From positions 2,208,001-2,272,000 of the forward strand of contig CM000151.3 of NCBI GenBank assembly GCA_000004695.1: a stretch of 64,000 nucleotides of DNA. Reading direction: 5' to 3'. This DNA comes from Dictyostelium discoideum (Eukaryota). The notes beneath the pieces were generated by a model. It was not told the origin of the DNA, did not search any database, and saw nothing but the letters and a program-made list of their open reading frames with translations. The first letter of the stretch is position 1. Each line of letters begins with the position of its first letter. Position numbers and translations under genes: made by a program. Shown piece by piece: positions 26,641 to 39,396 of this stretch.

Positions 26641-26782
26641 TCTAAAAAAAAAATAAAAAAAAAATAAATATTAATAATTAATAATAATAATAATAATAAA
26701 ATATAGAAATAGAAATATAGAAAAGAAATAAAAATAAAAAATTATTTTAATTTTAATAAAAATAAAAATAAAAAAAACTTAC

Positions 26783-26810
26783 TTGGATTATGAGAGTCAA
26801 TTTCTGTCAT
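26783..26810 (-). CDS. Candidate first coding exon of the WASP-like gene (ATG ACA GAA ATT GAC TCT CAT AAT CCA A|GTAAGT)
   Basis: A good aaaATG start and a GTAAGT donor are followed by a 140-nt AT-rich intron ending TTTTTTTTTAG at 26641. The canonical donor gives phase 1, but the acceptor requires phase 2. The alternative donor 4 nt downstream (GTTTTT, exon 26779..26810) restores the frame. My read of the T-run length at 26628-26636 is the weak point. Confidence 0.4.
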
Positions 26811-27863
26811 TTTAATTTATTATTATTATTTATTATTAATAATTAAACTTTTTTTTTCTATATAAATAATTTTATTACTATTATTATTTATTATTATTTT
26901 ATTTTTTTATACTATACTATGAAAATAATAGTTTGACATTTTCTCGTTTCAATGGGAGACCACTTTTTTTTTTTTTATTTTTTAAAATACCTTTTTTTAA
27001 TTTTTTTTTTTTTTTAAAAAGTTTTATCCAAAATAAGGAAAAACTAATTACTAAAAAATTTAAAAAAAATTTTTAAATAAAATAAAATAAAATTTTTAAA
27101 AAAAAAAAAAATAAAAAAATAAAAAAATAAAACAAAACAATAGTTTTATTTTTTAAACACAACCCTTAAATCCATGTAATGAATGAATGAGTTTGTTTAC
27201 ATAATTAAAAATTATTATTAATTATTAAATCATTTATTTATTTAAATTTTTTTTTTTTTTTTTTTTTAATTCATTATATATAATATGGGAGATATAAATG
27301 ATAAATAGTTTAAAAACAATTATAATTATAATTATAAATATATATTGTTTAATTTTTTAATTTCTTTTTTTTTTTCTTTTTTTTTATAATTATAAAATCA
27401 TGTTTTATATTTTTTTTTTATTTTTTTTTTATTTATACACTTTTATATTTTTTTTTTTATTATAATTATTTCAAAATATATAAAAGTGTTTAAAAAATAA
27501 AAAATAAATGCGAAATCGATTGTTAATATAATTTAGAATTCGTAATAAAATTCTGAATTATTAATAGCTCTTTTATTAGATTACCATATGAAATTTCTGA
27601 AATAATTTTATTTATAAATTCTTCATTTATTTCTAAAATTAAAAAATATCAAAAAAATTAAAATATAAAAATATAAAAAATAGATAATAAATTTTATTAT
27701 GTTTTTTTTTAATCATCACTATCATCATAAACTCTTTATTACCAAATTTAGATTGTAGAAAGCACCATAAAAAACCTAAAAAGTTATACATTTACAACAC
27801 AACATATAATACCAATTTTGTTATTTAATAATGAATGATTTTGTGTACATATTGTGCCCATTT

Positions 27864-27900
<37 letters not shown>

Positions 27901-28541
27901 ATTAAAATAATAATAAAAAAAAATTAAATTATTAAAAATTATCCCACTCCCTACACATAAAAAAAAAAAAAACAATACAAAAAAGAAAATAGATGACGGG
28001 ATTTGTTTGTTCAAAATTTGGTAAATTTGAGATTTGTTGTAATTGAATTAAATTTAAATTTAATTTATATTGAATTATTTATTTATAAAAAAGGAAAAAA
28101 AAACCTTCAAATAAAAGTAAATTTGTGATTTCAAAAAAAAAGAAAAAAAATTAAAAATTATTGTGATATCACTAATTATAATAAAAAAAATAAAAAAAAA
28201 AAAATTAATTACAAAACGGGGTGGGTGTAACTTTTTTTTTAATTATTTATATATTTATTTTTAATTATTATTTTATTTTATTTTTTTTTTTATTATATAC
28301 AAAAAATAAAAAATTTAAAATTATTATTATTATTTTTATTTTAAATATAATTACAATTTAAATTTTTTTTAATTGTTTAAAAAAAGGGTAATTATAAAAT
28401 ATCATATTTTTTTTAAAAAAAAAAAAAAAATCTATTAATTATTTTTTTTTTTTTTTAAACCAAATTTTTATTAACAATTATTTATTATTTATTTATTTAT
28501 TTATTAAAAGTCATCAAAAAAAAAAAAAAAAGAAATTTTTT

Positions 28542-28568
<27 letters not shown>

Positions 28569-28572
<4 letters not shown>

Positions 28573-29975
28573 ATTCAAATGAAGATGAATGTAAATTTAA
28601 ATTTAATGTTAACCAATATATTGAAGAAGAAGCAAAGAAATTACAAGCAGAATGGGATACAAATCCAAGATGGAAGGGAATTAAAAGAGAATATACTGCA
28701 GAGGATGTAATTCGTTTAAGAGGATCATTTAAGGAGGAGCATACATTAGCAAAGAAAGGTGCAGAGAAACTTTGGGATATGTTACATGAAAAAGATAATT
28801 GGGTACCAGCATTGGGTGCACTTTCTGGTAATCAAGCAGTTCAAATGGTACGTGGTGGTCTTAGAGCAATCTATTTAAGTGGATGGCAAGTTGCTGCCGA
28901 TAATAATACCTCTGGCCAAATGTATCCAGATCAATCATTGTATGCCGTAAATAGTGTACCTGAATTAGTTCGTAGAATTAATAATGCCCTTAGAAGACGT
29001 GATCAAATTGAAGTCAATGAAGGTAATCTTGAATTCCAATATCTTCCAACACCAATTGTTGCAGATGCAGAAGCAGGTTTTGGTGGCCCATTGAATGCCT
29101 ATGAACTTATGAGAAGTATGATCGAAGCTGGTGCATCAGGTGTTCATTGGGAAGATCAATTGGCAAGCGAAAAGAAGTGTGGTCATATGGGTGGTAAAGT
29201 ACTCATTCCAACATGTGGTCATATAAAGAATCTTACTGCCGCTCGTTTAGCATCCGATGTTATGGGAGTACCAACATTGATTGTAGCTCGTACCGATTCT
29301 TTGGGAGCTGGTTTGTTGATGAGTGATGTTGATGCACGTGATAAGAAATTCATCACTGGTAAACGTACTGTCGAGGGTTATTATCACTTGAATTGTGGTA
29401 TTGAGCAAGCCATTGAAAGAGCACTCAATTATGCACCCTATTGTGACTTGTTATGGTGTGAAACTTCAACACCATCCATTGAATTAGCCAAACAATTCGC
29501 CGATGCCGTTCATGAAAAATTCCCAGGTAAACTTTTAGCATACAATTGTTCACCATCTTTCCATTGGAAACAACATTTGAAACCAGATGAAATCGCCTCT
29601 TTCCAACGTCAACTCTCTGATTTGGGCTACAAGTTCCAATTCATCACTTTGGCTGGTTTCCATGCTCTCAATTTAACAATGTTTGAATTGGCAAAGGATT
29701 ACAAAAAGAATGCTATGACTGCCTATGTAAATCTTCAAGAGAAAGAATTCTCTTTAGAATCTGAAGGCTATACTGCAACTAGACATCAACGTGAAGTAGG
29801 TACTGGTTACTTTGATCAAGTTTCTCAAATTATCTCTGGTGGTCAATCTTCAACATTAGCTTTAGTAGGTTCAACTGAAGAAGAACAATTTGATGAACAT
29901 ATTGAAAAGAAAAAGAAAGTTGCTCATAATAATAATGGAAATAATAAAAACAAAGCTGCAAGTGTTCAAAACTAA
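28569..29975 (+). CDS. Isocitrate lyase (glyoxylate cycle), 468 aa, single exon
   Basis: The ICL signature K-K-C-G-H-M ([12 protein letters not shown]) is present. So are the conserved N-terminal [20 protein letters not shown], the [12 protein letters not shown] and [11 protein letters not shown] Mg/substrate-binding segments, and NCSPSFHW. Confidence 0.9.
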
Positions 29976-30578
29976 TTAATTTTTATTTTAAAAAAAAATA
30001 CAAACAAAAGAAAAAAAAAAAATTCTATTTTCAAACTCAATATTACTAAAAATATTTTTTAGATTTTCCAACTTAAATATATATATACAAAATTAAAAAA
30101 TTAATAATTTAAAAAATAAAATAAAATAAATTTTTCCTTTATAATAAAAACCAAGTTTTATTTTTCTTATTTTTTATTTATTAAAATATAAATATTTTAT
30201 TAAAAAAAAAAAAATATATATTAACAAATCAATAATTTTCTTTTTATTTGTTAATAATTAATATAAAAATAAACTAATTTATCAATATTATAAAAATGAC
30301 CAATTTCAAAATTTTTAACTACCACAAAACTTGAAAATAACATTGTTAGTTAAACTTTTATGGTTTTAATATATATAAAAAAAGTTGGAATGAATTGAAA
30401 TTTCCTTAAAAAAAATTTTTTTTTTTTTGCCATATTAAGAAAGTAAAAATCATTTTCAATTTTATATTTTTTTTTTAAAAATAAATATATCAACCAATTA
30501 TAATTTACTATATATTTCAAAAAAATAAAAAATAAAATAAAATTCGTTTTAATAATTAATAAAACTAATATATTAAAA

Positions 30579-30613
<35 letters not shown>

Positions 30614-30712
30614 ATTAATAAATAATGGCAATTTTTAGTAAATTATTTTCTTTTTTTTTTATTTAATATTATTTTAAAAATAACTTTTTTATTAACAAAC
30701 TAAAATTATTTA

Positions 30713-30931
30713 TTATTTAATAGAATCAATTTCATCTATTTCGAATTCAACAGTCTCAATAGGGAGTACAATTGGTTCATCAAACCATACTAGATCAAAT
30801 ATTAATGGTAATTCAATTGCATGTTTTGATGGTGGTTTAGGTGGAAGCAATGGAGGTTTTAATTGTGGATGGGGTGGTATTGGTGGTTTTAATGGTGGCT
30901 GTGGTGTTGGTGGTTCAAACACCAATATCAT
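30713..30931 (-). CDS. Small Pro-rich ORF (72 aa), possibly coding
   Basis: [73 protein letters not shown] PPxP-rich N-terminal half is followed by an acidic C-terminal half. It is not AT-homopolymer derived, but it is short and I see no homolog. Confidence 0.25.
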   Translation of the reverse strand: MILVFEPPTPQPPLKPPIPPHPQLKPPLLPPKPPSKHAIELPLIFDLVWFDEPIVLPIETVEFEIDEIDSIK

Positions 30932-30990
30932 AAACCTTGATATTGATATTGGTCGTCGTCATCGTCGTCATAGTTATTGTTGTTAATTAT

Positions 30991-31029
<39 letters not shown>

Positions 31030-31127
31030 ATAAACAAACAATAATAAAAATAAAATAATAAATATAAAAACAAATTTGAAAATATATAAAGTAATAAATA
31101 AATAGATTAATAAATAATTTTTTGTAA

Positions 31128-31232
31128 TTATATTATTGCTTGTTTAATTTTATTTTTCTTTTTTTGAATATGGTCAATTTGAATAAAAGTTAATAAATTA
31201 TTATTATCATTTGTTGTTGTTGTTGTTGTTAA

Positions 31233-31265
<33 letters not shown>

Positions 31266-31768
31266 TTGAAAAGTTATTAATGAAGTTGAAACTGTTGAAC
31301 GTATTTTATTTGAAAATTGAGAAGTATATGGTGGTACAAAAATTGAAGAAGTATTAACATGTTCCATTGGTGCTGGTGCTTCTTTTTCAACTGTTTTCAA
31401 TAACATTATATCTATTATTTCATTCTCTTCTTTTTCATTCAATATGATTGGTTGTTGTTGCTGCTGTTCTTTTTTATTTACTTCACCACCTTGACCAATG
31501 TTAAATATTGAATTTAATTTAGTTTCTAATAAATGTTTACCTTTAACTTTTCTTTCTGGACTAATTGAATTTGGGAAATTTGAAACACCAAATAATGTAC
31601 CTTTTTCAATTGATTTTAATAAACTTGGATAGGTTGAAATATTTTCATCAATATGTCCATCTTCATTAAAATTTGGTGGTATAAAATGACTATTATAATA
31701 ATAAGCTACACTATCGTCATTATTATTATTATTATTGTGGTTGTTGTTGTAGTTATCGTCAACAATAA

Positions 31769-31853
<85 letters not shown>

Positions 31854-32267
31854 TTCATTTGATTTAATTTTACCAACTATAATTTTAAAAGGTTGATAAT
31901 TGTTTCTTTGCCTTTCAATTTTTTGAATATAATCGAATGGTGATGTATTATCGTCGATTAAGTAATCATATACTATTGCACCTCTACTCATTTTACCATG
32001 ATTTGGTGATGTTGATTTTGGTAAAAAGCATTCTTCATTTCTATAGTATGAATTTAATAACATACAAAATTTACCTTTATTATTAACTGCTAACCATGTT
32101 CCACCACCAATTTGATCTCTACCACCATAAATTTTTATATTATCATTATTAATATTTTCCCATTCATGTAATAATATTGTTGGTCTAGTTTCTTCTTCTT
32201 CTCTATTATTTAAAATGATAACTGGATATCCTTCATATTGATAAAAACTTAAAAATCCTAAACACAT
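31128..32267 (-). CDS. TANGO2 / NRDE-family (DUF833) protein with a poly-Asn insertion, 379 aa
   Basis: N-terminal MCLGFLSFYQYEGYPVIILNNREEEETRPT matches the TANGO2 consensus MCIxFxxF...YxLILAANRDEFxxRPT. The Gly-rich GGRDQIGGGTWLAVN block is conserved. An internal run of about 36 Asn and a second run of about 14 Asn are typical Dictyostelium expansions. Confidence 0.8.
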
Positions 32268-32543
32268 ATCTTTTTTTTTTTTTTTTTTGAGAAAAATAAT
32301 TTTAAAAATTTATTTAAAAAATTATATATATACTTTTATCGTTTTTTGTTTAAAAAAAAAAAAAGAAAAGAAAAAGGTTTATGTGTGGGGTTGGGGGTTT
32401 ATTTTTATTTTTTTAAATTTTACAAATTCTGTATTTTTCTTTGACTTTGTATAATTATAATATTTATTTTACACAAAATTATTATTTTATTAAATGACAA
32501 TGATTATTTGGTTCGCATTCAGTTATAATTATTATTTTAAAAT

Positions 32544-32595
<52 letters not shown>

Positions 32596-32806
32596 AAATA
32601 AAAAAAATAAAAATAAAAAATAAAATTAAATAAAAAAAAAAAAAATAAAAGGTGTTGATTTTAAAAAATCGTTTTGTCATTTTTTTTTTTTTTTTTTTGG
32701 TTTTTTTTTTTTTTTTTTTTTTATCTGTGTTATACACATATCGTATATTATAATATTGTTTTATACATGAACTAATAATTAATTTTATTATAAATAACAA
32801 TAATAA

Positions 32807-32846
<40 letters not shown>

Positions 32847-32855
32847 TAATAATAA

Positions 32856-32904
<49 letters not shown>

Positions 32905-32948
32905 GTAATAATAAAACAAGATAAAATAAAAAAACAAACAGAAAAGAG

Positions 32949-32956
32949 CTGACGTC

Positions 32957-32958
<2 letters not shown>
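32949..32958. promoter_or_regulatory. Perfect 10-bp palindrome CTGACGTCAG containing a CRE/bZIP core TGACGTCA, about 130 bp upstream of the acid-phosphatase ATG
   Basis: A GC-containing palindrome isolated in a region that is otherwise over 90% A+T. The CRE consensus is established for bZIP factors in general. Its use here is inference. Confidence 0.25.
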
Positions 32959-32993
<35 letters not shown>

Positions 32994-33088
32994 ATTAAAT
33001 TTTCACATTCCCATAGTTTTCTTAAAAAAAAAAAAAATTAATTTTAATAGCTATTTTTAAAATTTTGAAAAAAAAAAAAAAAAAAAAA

Positions 33089-33412
33089 ATGAAAATATTA
33101 TTTAATAAATTAATTAAAACATTAATAATAGTAATAATATTATTTATTACAATTAGTAATGGTAGTGAAATGAAAGGATCATCTGCAACATCACATATAC
33201 CAGCAACAGCAACAGCATCAACAACCACAATATCAACAACAATAAATGAAATGAATGAAAAACAAAAATTATATTCACCAAGAGAAATTCATTTAGCGTT
33301 AACAAATAAAGATGATGAGATGGTAGTAACATGGATTACAAAAGATAGAATTAATCAACCAATAGTTTATTTATTTAAAGGTGATTGTAGCGTAGTAACA
33401 TCAAATATAAAC

Positions 33413-33459
<47 letters not shown>

Positions 33460-34843
33460 ACATAATTCATTTAATATATCAATTGGTAAATCAATAGTTT
33501 ATAATGGGTTAGAAGGATATGTTCATAGTGTAACATTAAATAATTTAGAATTTGGTAAAACCTATTGTTATTCAGTAGGTAGTGGTAATATATATAGAAG
33601 TGATATTAAAGGTTTAGTAAACCAACAACAGCAAAACAATAATAATAATGATAATGATAATAATGATAATGATGATAATGACGATTTATTAAGATGGAGT
33701 AAATGGATATCATTTAAAACCAAATCAAATGAAATTGATCATGTCACATTTGGAGCATTTGCAGATAGTGGTACATGGGGGGATGTGCATGAGGTAGTGG
33801 CATCAATGTGTAGGGATGAGTCTTTGACATTGGCAATTCATGGTGGCGATTTATCGTATGGATTAAAGGAAGAGGTTTGGGATACATTTGGCGACATTAT
33901 CGAGCCATTGGCATCTAGGATGCCATTCATGGTGATACCGGGTAACTGGGATGTGAAAGAGGGTGCATTGCAGCCATTTGTCAATCGTTATCCAATGCCA
34001 CTAGTTTACAAGCAACCCACAATTGAAAAGAAGCGTATATCAGCGACCGCATCAACAGCATCGATAACCACCCTCCAAACCAACCCCAACCTATACTACT
34101 CATTCAGATACACTCATGTCTATTTCATAATGCTATCATCATACGACCCATACTCAATCGGCAGTCTACAATATAAATGGCTAGTGAGCGAATTAGAGTT
34201 GGCCAATACCATGCGTCAGCAGTACCCATGGCTGATTGTAATTGCCCATAGTCCAATGTACTCCTCCTCAACCGGCCACGGAGGTAGCGACATTGGTGTG
34301 CGTACGCAATTGGAATGGTTGTACGACGTCTATAATGTCAATATCGTATTCAGCGGCCATGACCACGGGTATGAACGTACTCATCCAGTGTTGGCTGAAA
34401 AAGTATTGAAAATGAATCACAACTCTCAATATAAGAGTAAAGATGGCACAATTCACATCCTAGGTGGTACTGGTGGTGCCACCGCTGATCCTTGGTTCGA
34501 TGAACAACCAAATTGGTCCGCCGTTAGAGAATCAACTTCAGGTTACACAAAATTCATTGCTCATAAACAAACTCTTCAAGTGACCTATCTTCGTATGAAT
34601 GGTACTTTAGGTGACCATTTTCAAATTACAAATGAATTTCCAACACTAGATTCAATTAAATCCTCAAAAATTTTCTCACATAATAATGTAAATTCAAATC
34701 CTTCTGAACATACTGGTGTCTTTTTATTATTTTTCGCTTTAATAGTATTTGTTTTCCCAATTTGCGCTTATTATAAATTACCTCATTTAATTTTTAGTTC
34801 TTTGGTACCAAAACCAATGATTTCAAATAAATCAATGGTTTAA
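33089..34843 (+). CDS. Purple acid phosphatase (binuclear metallophosphoesterase), secreted or membrane-anchored, about 584 aa
   Basis: The ATG at 33089 follows an A-run; the ORF-track start at 33065 lies inside poly(A). The signal peptide is MKILFNKLIKTLIIVIILFITISNG. Metal-ligand motifs GDLSYG, GNWD and GHDHGYER (the GHVHxYER equivalent) are present. The C-terminus is hydrophobic (VFLLFFALIVFVFPICAYY), indicating a TM or GPI-type anchor. Poly-N/D inserts are present. Confidence 0.88.
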
Positions 34844-34860
34844 AATATATATATAAAAAT

Positions 34861-35009
<149 letters not shown>

Positions 35010-35538
35010 CTAATTAAATTAATTAAATTTACTAATATATATAAAATAATTTATAAAAAAAGAATTAATTTTTTTTTTTTTTTTTTGGTAAAACCACCAA
35101 TTTCCATTAATGTGGGAGGTTTTAAAACATTTTTTTTATTTTTTTTTAATTTTTTATTTTATTTTTTTTTTTTTTATACAAATTAATATGTATATAAACT
35201 AATTTTTTTTTTTGGTAAAAATCATTTAAATTTTTTTTTTTTTTTTTTTTTTTTTTTGGTAAAAATCATTTAAATATTCATTTTTTTTTTTTTGTGTTGA
35301 TTTCTTATATTTTTAGCAATTCTAATTTATTTAAACAAATAAAAATAGAACGTTTAATTAAATTTGATTTTTTTAATTTTTTATTTTTTTATTATTTTTT
35401 TATTTTTTTTTTTATTTTATTTTTTTTTTTTTTATAAAAAAACTTCAACCTTTCCTCCTAAAAAAAAAATCGAAAAATTTTTTCATTTTTTTTTTTCAAA
35501 CTTTATTTCTGTTCATACATATCCTATTCAACTAAAAA

Positions 35539-37192
35539 ATGGGTTTAGACATTGTACTTTTCCGTGCCGATAAAGGTGGAAATCCAGATCTTATTAGACA
35601 ATCACAAAAAGTTAGATATGCAAATGTTGATGCTGTTCAAGAAGTTATTGATTTAGATAAAGTTGTTAAAGAAAGTATGTTTTTTTTTTTTTTTTAATTT
35701 AATTTTTATTATTATTACAATAGAAAGAATGAATATATATATATATTAATTTTAATTTTATTTTTCATATATAAAAACAAAAAACAAAACAATAAAAATA
35801 AAAATAAAAATAATAATAATAATAATAGCTAAATATAGATTAGATAATACAAATGCTGAATATGCTAAACTTAATAAATCAGTTGCTATGAAAAAGAAAG
35901 CAGGTGAAAGTGCTGATGAAATTATTGCACAAGCTGAAGAATTAAATCAAAGTATCATTAAATTAAAAGCTGAAGTTAGCGAAGTTGAACTTTTACTTAG
36001 AAAGAAATTAAGACCAATTGGTAACATTGTACATGAATCTGTACCAATTGATAATAATGAAGTAAGTAAATAATAACAACAGAATTATCATTACCACCAT
36101 CAACATTATCATCATTATCATTATAATTATTATCATCAAGAGATTAGGATTAAATATAATAATAAAATAATTAAAATATATTTTAATTTATTTTATTTTT
36201 TTTAGGATAATAATCAAATTATTAAAACATGGGGTGAATGTAAAACATCAGAAGGTTTATTACATCATCATGAATTATTAGAGATGATTGATGGTTATGA
36301 TCCAGAAAGAGGTACATTAGTTAGTGGTCATAGATGTTATTTCTTAAAGGGTATTGGTGTTTTATTAAATCAAGCAATCATTAACTTTGCATTAATGCAT
36401 ATGACAAAGAGAGGTTCAGTACCACTTCAAACACCATTCTTTATGAATAAAGATGTTATGGCAAAAACCGCCCAATTAGAACAATTCGATGACGAACTTT
36501 ACAAAGTCACCGGTGACAATGAAGAGAAATACTTGATTGCCACCTCTGAACAACCAATCTCTGCCTTCCATCAAGATGAATGGATCGAAGAGAAAGATTT
36601 ACCAAAGAAATACGTTGGTTATTCAACTTGTTTCCGTAAAGAAGCCGGTTCACATGGTCGTGATACTTGGGGCATTTTCAGAGTACATCAATTTGAAAAG
36701 ATTGAACAATTCTGCATCACTGAACCAGAGAAGTCTTGGGATATGATGGAGGAGATGATCAATAACTCTGAACAATTCTACCAAGAGTTGGGTATTCCAT
36801 ATCGTGTCGTTAACATTGTTTCTGGTGCTCTCAATAATGCCGCCTCAAAGAAATACGATTTAGAAGGTTGGTTCCCAGGTTACAATCAATACAGAGAGTT
36901 GGTCTCTTGTTCCAATTGTACCGATTATCAATCACGTGATCTCGAAATTCGTTGTGGTATGAAGAAACAAGGTCAACAACAAAAGAAATACGTTCATATG
37001 TTAAATTCAACACTCGCTGCCACAACTCGTGTCATTTGTTGTATCCTCGAAAATTATCAAACTGAAGGTGGTATCACTGTTCCAGTTCCACTTCGTCCAT
37101 ACTTGGGTAAAGACTTTATCCCATTCGTTAAAGCTGCTCCAAAACAAAAAGCTATCCCAAAACAAAAAACAACTACTCCAGAACAAAAATAA
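35539..37192 (+). CDS. Cytosolic seryl-tRNA synthetase (class II), about 451 aa. It has 3 exons: 35539..35674, 35829..36061 and 36206..37192.
   Basis: Exon 1 encodes [45 protein letters not shown], ending with a GTATGT donor at 35675. Exon 2, entered from the AG at 35827-35828, encodes [27 protein letters not shown]...[15 protein letters not shown], ending with a GTAAGT donor at 36062. Exon 3, entered from the TTTTAG at 36205, starts [11 protein letters not shown]. The class II motifs are present: motif 2 [34 protein letters not shown] and motif 3 GWFPG...[14 protein letters not shown]. Confidence 0.93.
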
Positions 37193-37225
37193 ATAAATAA
37201 AATAAATATAAATTAATATTTAATC

Positions 37226-37257
<32 letters not shown>

Positions 37258-37261
37258 TTAA

Positions 37262-37529
37262 ATGATTTATTGGGTTTTGTCGGTAATATTAGGTCTTTGA
37301 AATTAAGTAAACTAAATTTCGCATTTTAACATTAAATAAAATGAATTTTAATGGTTATTTCTCTTTTTTTTTAAATCAATAAACTAACATCTGTAGAACC
37401 TTTGGTTTGAATCGCTCATTGGATAGGTTTTAAGGATTTGTTGATTACAAAAATCTTTATTACAATTACTAATAATAAGCAGATTCTTTACATGGATTCT
37501 TTAATGAATGGCTTAACTGGTAGTGGTGG

Positions 37530-37582
<53 letters not shown>

Positions 37583-37880
37583 GGTGGTAATTTAATTTCA
37601 TTTTCTGTGAGGCATTATCTTGAGGTTTCTTTTCAGACTCTTTCTATTCTTTTATAACTATTGATGGCTTATCACTTGGAAATGTAGATTTGGATATTTA
37701 TCAACTTCCATCTGAGTGGATTCATCTTTATCAGATTTAGTTTCTTCATTCTCTTTATTTCAGTTTCCTTTTTATCACTTTAATTCTCATCTAATTTTTC
37801 TTTAGATCTTTCATTATCTTTTTTTTTTTTCTTTTTTTTTTTTCTTTGAATCAGATATTGCTTTTCCTTTGCCAATTGTG
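37262..37880 (-). pseudogene. Coding-like segment (balanced composition, (CAA)n/polyGln) with no intact ORF; possible decayed gene fragment
   Basis: About 600 bp with much lower AT content than the surrounding intergenic DNA. It includes (TTG)19 at about 37521-37576 on the plus strand, which reads (CAA)n on the minus strand. The minus-strand translation gives fragments such as ...KPSIVIKEYKESEKKPQDNASQKMKLNYHQQQQQQQQQQQPPLPVKPFIKESM*. Every frame has a stop within 60 codons, and the ORF track lists nothing here. Confidence 0.3.
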
Positions 37881-38031
37881 ATTAATTTGTAAAAAAAGAA
37901 AGATTTTGGAGGGTAAAATTATTAAAATATAAAATTATTTTAGGAAATAAAATAAAATATAATAAAATAAAATATAAAAGGTGAAATATATCATAGTTTT
38001 TTTTATATTATCGAGTTCCAGATATGTTATC

Positions 38032-38064
<33 letters not shown>

Positions 38065-38148
38065 AATAATTATAAAATATATAAAATAAGATAAAAAAGT
38101 TTAATCATTTCGCTCAACTTTTATTAAAAATTAATTTAATTTTATCTC

Positions 38149-38185
<37 letters not shown>

Positions 38186-38848
38186 CCCTAAACAAACTCA
38201 TATATTTATTTTGTTATTTCTAATTTTATTTCTATTTATTTATTTATTTTATTTATCTTTTTATTTAATTTTATTTCTATTTATTTATTATTATTATTGT
38301 TTTTTTGTTTTTGTTTTGGACACAGAGGGAAACAAATTCCTTGATCTTCTGATCAGAAAACAAAAAAAAAAAAAAACCACAAAAAACACCAAAAAAAAAA
38401 TAAAGATTAACAAAGGTTTGTGGGAATTATTTGAAAAAAAAGTTTATTTTTGTTTTTTTAATTTTTATTTTTTTTGTTTTTTTTAATTTTTTAATTTTTT
38501 TTTTGGTGTAAAAAAAAAAAAAGTTTTTGTGTTTAATATCGCCATAATCCCCACAAACCTTAATTTATATTTGTTTTTTTGTTTTGGAGAAAATTAAATA
38601 GAAACTAATAATTGGCAAACAAATAAACAACAACAAACGAATATTTAAATAAAAATAATTAAAAAATAAAAAAAATAAAAAAATAAAAAAAATTTAAAAA
38701 AAAAAAAAAAAATAAAAAAAAATAAAAAAAAATAAAAAAAAAACAAAAATCTTTTTTTTTTTTTTTTACAAATATTTTTAAAAAAGTTACAAATAATAAA
38801 AATTAATAAATACTATAAATTAAAAAGAAAAAAAAAAAAAAAAAAAAA

Positions 38849-39364
38849 ATGGATCCGGGTAGAAGTCATATAGAAACAATAATAGAAAGCTCAACACATA
38901 AATTTATATTATTTGACGAACCGACAGAAGAGACGATACCGTATTTCAAAGATTTAATGAAGAAGAATTCATGTATTAATATAGTTAGATGTTGTGAAAT
39001 AAATTATGATGCATCATTATTTGAAGGTGTGAAAATTCATGAGCTTTGTTTTAAAGATGGTAATGTTCCACCGAAAGATATCATAGAGAGATGGTTAGAA
39101 ATTTTAAAGCAAGCTTTTATTGAAAATGGTAAACAAAAAACAACCGTTGGTATTCATTGTATCGCTGGTTTGGGTCGTACTCCTTTATTGGTTTGTATAG
39201 CTCTAATTGAAGATGGTATGAAACCATTACAAGCTGTTGAATTTGTTAGATCAAAAAGGAAAAATGCTATTAATAGTCCTCAAATTAAATTCTTAAAAGA
39301 GTAATAAAAAAAAAAAAAAAAAAATTTTATGTTCTTTCTTTCTTTTCTTTTAATTTACTAACCA

Positions 39365-39396
<32 letters not shown>

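Noticed and set aside
27500-27600. Possible hairpin or ncRNA at about 27500-27600 (GCGAAATCGATTG...AGAATTCGTAATAAAATTCTGAATT)
   Set aside because: It has only short imperfect inverted repeats around an EcoRI-like GAATTC. No conserved RNA motif is present, and the signal is no better than chance in AT-rich DNA.
27784-28014. Short ORFs in homopolymer-rich intergenic DNA: 27784..28014, 32537..32800, 33022..33228, 35364..35573, 38211..38486, 40328..40537, 40756..40980, 41401..41646, 49615..49857, 54558..54779, 58560..58781, 59873..60281, 62941..63183, 63131..63346 and 63157..63387
   Set aside because: They are low-complexity translations of A/T runs. 63157..63387 partly overlaps the real Rpn13 exon 2 and is superseded by that spliced model. 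There are no start contexts or conserved motifs.
31653-31862. Poly-Ile ORFs antisense to poly-Asn coding tracts (31653..31862, 46242..46436, 46890..47075) and poly-Leu or poly-Val ORFs antisense to poly-Gln (60233..60523, 60281..60481, 60286..60468, 61651..61854, 61679..61891)
   Set aside because: They are the reverse complements of AAT and CAA coding repeats, so they are not independent genes.
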